This document shows, one piece after another, positions 58,752 through 64,000 of a DNA stretch of 64,000 nt. Numbering within the stretch: position 1 is the first letter of the stretch; every line of letters begins with the position of its first letter. The notes under the pieces were generated by a model. It saw only the letters and a list, made by a program, of their open reading frames with translations, made no database searches and had not been told where the DNA came from. The DNA lies in the NCBI GenBank assembly GCA_013239625.1, contig MU054049.1:507015-571014 (forward strand), read 5' to 3'. Origin of the DNA: Lama guanicoe. Lineage: Eukaryota. The position numbers and the translations under genes were made by a program.

Positions 58752-58842
58752 TTTTTTTTTTTTAATGGAGGTACTAGGGATTGAACCCAGAACCTCATGC
58801 ATGCAAAGCGTGTGCTCTACCACTGAGCGATACCCACCTCCC
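58752..58842 (-). mobile_element. tRNA-derived SINE (Vic-1-like)
   Basis: A/B boxes on minus with T/(TA)n tail; flanks share cctgtaa. Confidence 0.9.
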
Positions 58843-59504
58843 TTCCCTGTAAAAAATATTTTAAATAAACCATTTCTTTTAGAAACCTAAGAATTCTTTA
58901 TATTCTCTTGGGTCATGGGCTCTATGTCGATATGAAAGGGCTCACCCAAATGTGGGGAGGTGGCCATAATCAAAGAGGGAGTAGGGTACATTGTCTTGGT
59001 TATTTTCTTTTGCCCTTGTCAAGTTGCTAAAAAGAAAGGTTTCCAAGAGCAATGGCAGGGCAGTCCCGTATCCAGGGGTGCAGACCCAGCATACGGCATC
59101 CCACCGGTGACTGCGACACCTGCTGGTCACTACTGGAACCACACACAACTGCCTCTGTCGTGAAAGGCTATAGCTCTTCATCAGGCTGAACTTGGACACT
59201 TCTTCCTCCTTCTAGCCTTAAAGACAAGCATTTCTAAGCCAAAGCACAGGCTCCACCATTCTGGGAACCTCCCTCCACCTGCCCAGGGCCTGATAATCAA
59301 TTTGACAGGGCCAGGGACTGGAAAGGCCATGGTGGCCAGGGTGATTGCAAAGAGGTAACGCATGTGGGAGATGATGAAGAGGAGAGGCAGTATTTTAAAG
59401 GTGTTTAAGATGCCCTGTTTAGAAAGAGTGTTGGAGAGAGGGTAAAAGAAGAATGGAAGGATTCGTTCCAATGCCAAGGCAGAATAGGGTTCTAGTCCTA
59501 GTTA

Positions 59505-61760
59505 AGAATTTGATGGTAATTGCATTAAATCTTTAGATAAATCTAAGGAAAATGACATCTTTGCAATACTGAGTCTTCCAATTCACCAACACAGTATGTC
59601 TCTCTCCATATTTAAGTCTTCTTTAATGCCTTTCAATCAAGTTTTATCAATTTTTCATAGAGGTCTTTTGCATGATTTGTTAGGTTTATACCTGGGTACT
59701 CCAAATTTTTATGCTATTTTAAAATATCTTTTAATTTACATAGTATCTGAGTATTTATTTAATAAATAGTATTAAATAAAATAAAATATTATTTATTATT
59801 AATTTTATTATATATATAATATATATATATTTCATCATGGTTTACTTTCCTAAACTTCTTAATTATAATAATTAATCTGTAGAGTCTCTTGGATTATCAA
59901 CCTATATCTACATATAGTTCCTGAACAGTGACAGTTTGGATTCTTATACCTTTTATTTCTTGCTTGTTTATCATATTGGTGAGGACATAGTGTATATTAA
60001 TTAGAAATGGAGATGGGTTTCCTCATTTGATTTCTGAATTCAGAGGGAAAGTCTTCAACATTTTGCCATGAAGGATGATGTTTGTTGTTTTGAGTAAACA
60101 CATAGTAATGTGTAAGGAAATTATCTTCTATTCAGAGTTTGCTTAAAATTTTACCAGGAATGGGTTTTTAAAAATCAAACAGTTTTTCAGAATCTATTAA
60201 GATGATCATGTGATATTTCCCCTTTCACCTGCTACTGTAGTTGATTATTTCAATTGATTTTCTAATGTTAAATCACCATTCCTGAGATAAGCTCAACTTG
60301 GTCATGATGAATTATCCTTTTTATACATTACTGGATTCAGTCTGCTAATGTTTTGCCTAGAAATTTTGCATTAATATTTATGTGAATTTAGCTTATTATT
60401 TTCTTTTCTTTATTGAACTTCTGAGTTATAAAGGTTACGATAGCCTCATAAAGTGATTTAGTAATATAATAAGAGAATTATTTGTTCCTTGAATTTTAGG
60501 TAGAACTTGGTGATAAAGCTTTCTTGGGTCTGCTAAAGCTTTATGGAAAGATTTTCCTTCTAATTTACTCAGTTTCTCTAAGGTTTAAGACTCTCCAGAT
60601 TTTATCTTTCTTCTTGAATTAATTTTGATAAGTTATATATTTTTAGGAATTTATCTTTTATTTAATTTCTTTTTAATAGCCATTGTATTTATAATTATGC
60701 CACTTTTTAAAAAAAATTCCTGACATTGGTTAGTCATTCCCCCATCTCTATCTGTTTCCTCCTTAATTCATCCATTTTTGTTTTCATATTTATGTATTAT
60801 TTCTGTCCTTCTACTTACCTTGGAATTATTTTGCTGTTATTTTCTAACATCTTGGAGTGGATGCCTAGCTTGTTTGTTGCAATAATGGGTTTTCTAATCC
60901 ATGAACATGGTATATCTTTCTATGTGTTTAGCAGAATTTCTTTAATGTATTTCAATTAAGTTTTTGTAATTTTTTTCCTTTTAATTTAAGACATTTAAAG
61001 TTATAATATTTTTCTCTAAATAGCACTTCGATTGCATCTCACAGGTGGTGTACATTTGTTTTCATTCTTAGTTCAAGTTTTTTCATTTTCATTATGATTA
61101 ATTGACTCAATAGATTATTTACAAATGTGTTTCTTTTCGCTATCAATTTTTTTTAAATATAAGAGCAGTATATCAGAGAACACGCTTTGTATTACTTAAT
61201 CATTTGAAAATTTTCAAGTTTTGCTGTTTGGATCATTTTCATAAATGTTTCTCTGAACATGAAAAGAACGTGAACTCTGCAGTTACTGATAACAGCATTT
61301 TAAATAATGACCATTTGGTCAAGTTATTTAATATTTTATACACTTACTGAATTTTTGTTGTTATTATGCTTTATTATGCTATGAATTACTGAAAACAGAA
61401 TATTAAAATCTCCTACCAGTAATTTTTCCTTTCAAACTTTTTAAGATAAAGTTGTCAATTATGAATAGTATATAGTTGTTTTTCTGTTTCAATTAACTGT
61501 GATAATTTCTATCTTTAACTGGAGATTTTATTTCATTTACATTTAAAATAACTGCTGATATACTTGGGTTTAAATCTATCATGTTAATTTGTGCTTTCTA
61601 TTTATCCAGCCTATTTAATATTTCTTTTTCTATCTTTTTTTTTTGCTTTAGCTTTTATTTGTTATTTTTAATCATTTTTTTCTCATTCTTCTAGTTTGAA
61701 AAGTATATATTTTTATATACCCTGTTTCTTTTTCTTTCAGGGTTATCTTATAAATTATTA
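59505..61760 (-). mobile_element. Old L1 (L1ME-like) ORF2 remnants
   Basis: T-rich plus strand with L1 antisense motifs (gcattaaatctttagataaat, tctattaagatgatcatgtg, aatattaaaatctcctac). Confidence 0.8.
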
Positions 61761-63039
61761 GTTATTATTAAGTAGTTGTTTTCCATATCCCATCAGGGTG
61801 GAGAAGAGGTAGCAGCATGGCTTCCTGGGGGCCATTCCCAGCATGACCTGGCCCATCTCTACACTTGTGTGCTATATCATGTTTGGGACAGACACTGACA
61901 AAAGCCCCTTGTAGAGCAAACTTGTATCTCTTGGATTCCAGTGAGTGTTCATTTTGACTGATTGGTCTCACTTTCTCTCCCATCTGGCATTGGTGTAGAA
62001 AAACCAATAAGTTCAACAAGGGAAAGTCCTTGTGATCTCCAAGGTCCGCTAACCTAGGCAAGGGTTGGGGAAGTGATGGAGTACAGACATCAGCAGCTCA
62101 TAAATAGGCCAAAGTGATACTCAGGGATTCCTGGGTAGTGGAGGAATTTGACTAAATAGTGAGGTCTTACCCAGGCCTCATTATTTCCAACCTTTATTTT
62201 CTTAATGTAAACCTCCTGTTACATCTGCTGAGTTCTTATGGAGGAACTCTGTTTAGAAATATTGGAAATTTTTCTTGAAAAGATTCATCTCTTAAAACTA
62301 GGGTAGGACCCTGGAATGAGCAGATCTGTTGGTTACTGACATCAGGACCCCCTCAAGATTCTCCAGTTGGTTTAGGGGAGCAGAGAAAAGAAGAAAGAGG
62401 TAGGAAGAAGGTTTGAAGGGCACAGAGCATGGAGGGAAGATGAGATAAAATCAGGTTGGAGAGAATGAGTAGTGGCTGGAGGTTGAATGGGGTTCCTGAG
62501 GATTCCAACCAAAGACACCAAGGCCCCCAGGACAATAGAAATGTCCCATTTCAACACATGTCAAGCATTCTCCAGATGCTTTCTTTGCTGCTGTCTGTAC
62601 TGCACCACTGCCCTACTGTAGTAGCTCTATGGGACTAGTCCAACACATTTTATACCTGGCTCTGGGCCAGTGAGGATCATGTTCAAATATGGAGACATTC
62701 AAACAGAGCAATAGGGAAACATTATCAGGCTCCACCCTAAAACACCGATATCTGACCCTGGTCTCTGCCCTGTACCTCCACCCTCCCTACACACACAAAC
62801 ACGTGCACATGTGCAAACACACACACACATAGAACCAGGAACTGCCTCCCCTTCTCCTATGGGAACTCAGGCTCCTGATGGTTCCTGCCTGCCCCAGGGG
62901 AAATGTAACCAAGCAAACTAGAAAGCACCCTTCTTTCTGCCTACCTATATATTCGGAGAGTTTTGAAAGAACCAGAAATATGGGGGCAATTAGTAGCAGG
63001 TGATAGCTTTTAGTTGTAATTTTTCTTTACTTCTCAAAC

Positions 63040-63318
63040 TTTAGTTTGGCTGTTTCTCCTATAATGTGTGTGTGTATGTATGTGTATATATATATACTGA
63101 ACCCCAGGCCCCTCTACCCCTCTATCCTTGGCCAAGATTTTACGTGTGTGTATATATATCTATACTATATCACTCATCACAAGATTTTATTTATGTATAT
63201 GTGTATATATACATCTATATATTACATATTATACGTATAATGTGATGTGATATCATATCGATAATAGATACCATATATCATGATATATATGCAGTATATA
63301 TAATAGATATACCATATA
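63040..63318. repeat. (TA)n/(TG)n low-complexity region
   Basis: Degenerate TA/TG dinucleotide runs. Confidence 0.8.
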
Positions 63319-63319
63319 C

Positions 63320-63832
63320 AAATACACAATGCTGAATACTCTTTGTCTCTGCAAATAGATCCACTCTCCACCCTCTCATCTGCTCTGCGCTTGGGGCGTG
63401 AACATCTGTATGGACTGTATTGGTGGACTCCCTGGCCTTCTGCTTGTGGCTGTGTTTGGACAATGGGAGGCACTGGGCAATGGCAGGAGACAGAGGATGA
63501 GAGACAGGGTGTGCATTCACTCCCTGCCTATTTGTTGAGGGCTGTCTGTATCCTTCTACCACAGACCACAGCTCCTGTCACCACAGACCACAGCCCCTGT
63601 CAAGTGGCTCTTTCCTACAGCTTCCCTGGCTGGATGCTGAAAACCACTCCTTTCCTTTGCCCCTCCAGACCCAGGTGTGGTTAAGGCTCCCAGGTTGTTG
63701 CTAGCCCTTGGATACTGCATGACCACCTGGTGGATTCCTTTAACCCTTCCCACACCTCTGGAAATAGCCCTTTATTAAACTCTCCTTAATTACTCCGTTA
63801 CTTATTTCCTCTGGGGATAGTGTCTGATACAA
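63320..63832 (+). mobile_element. LTR33-like ERVL LTR
   Basis: ctccctggccttctgcttgtggctgtgtttggacaatgggaggcactgg...gttgttgctagccct...aatagccctttattaaactctcc...ctgataca. Confidence 0.7.
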
Positions 63833-64000
63833 ACATATAATGCAAATGCCTTGCAGAAGTCTTAATAAAATTAAAAGTTAACCTCCTTGATGAGCAAGGC
63901 AGCTTCCACCCCTCAGCCTCATCCTTGAGGTAATTCCTTGCTTAAAGCTGAGCTTGTCCGAGCCATCTCACCTGTCTCCACCTTCACTTGAACCTTGCTG

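Noticed and set aside
52000..64000. Neighbouring divergent gene (MAPK8 lies upstream of FRMPD2 in human)
   Set aside because: No CpG island or kinase-like exon visible; presumably outside the window.

Overview
Mammalian genomic DNA, very probably a camelid (many copies of a Vic-1-like tRNA-derived SINE). The window holds the 5' part of FRMPD2 (KIND-FERM-PDZ scaffold) on the minus strand: coding exon 1 at 51540-51564, a ~35.6 kb first intron, exons 2-8 between 15936 and 2139, and the first 15 nt of exon 9 at the left edge. All eight junctions are GT-AG and phase-compatible, giving 930 nt / 310 aa of open frame (KIND domain plus linker). The rest is intron and 5' flank dominated by transposons: old and young L1s (several with readable TSDs), SINEs, MaLR/ERVL/ERV1 LTRs, a deleted ERV-L pol remnant, hAT elements and microsatellites. 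I see no evidence of a novel multi-gene system. The best leads are a possible alternative (CRX/OTX-motif) promoter and 5' exon just upstream of exon 2, in-frame uORFs with a weak start context at exon 1, an internally primed L1 fragment with a 21-bp TSD, and a twin-primed inverted L1. Gene and repeat-family names come from recalled sequence similarity, not a database search.
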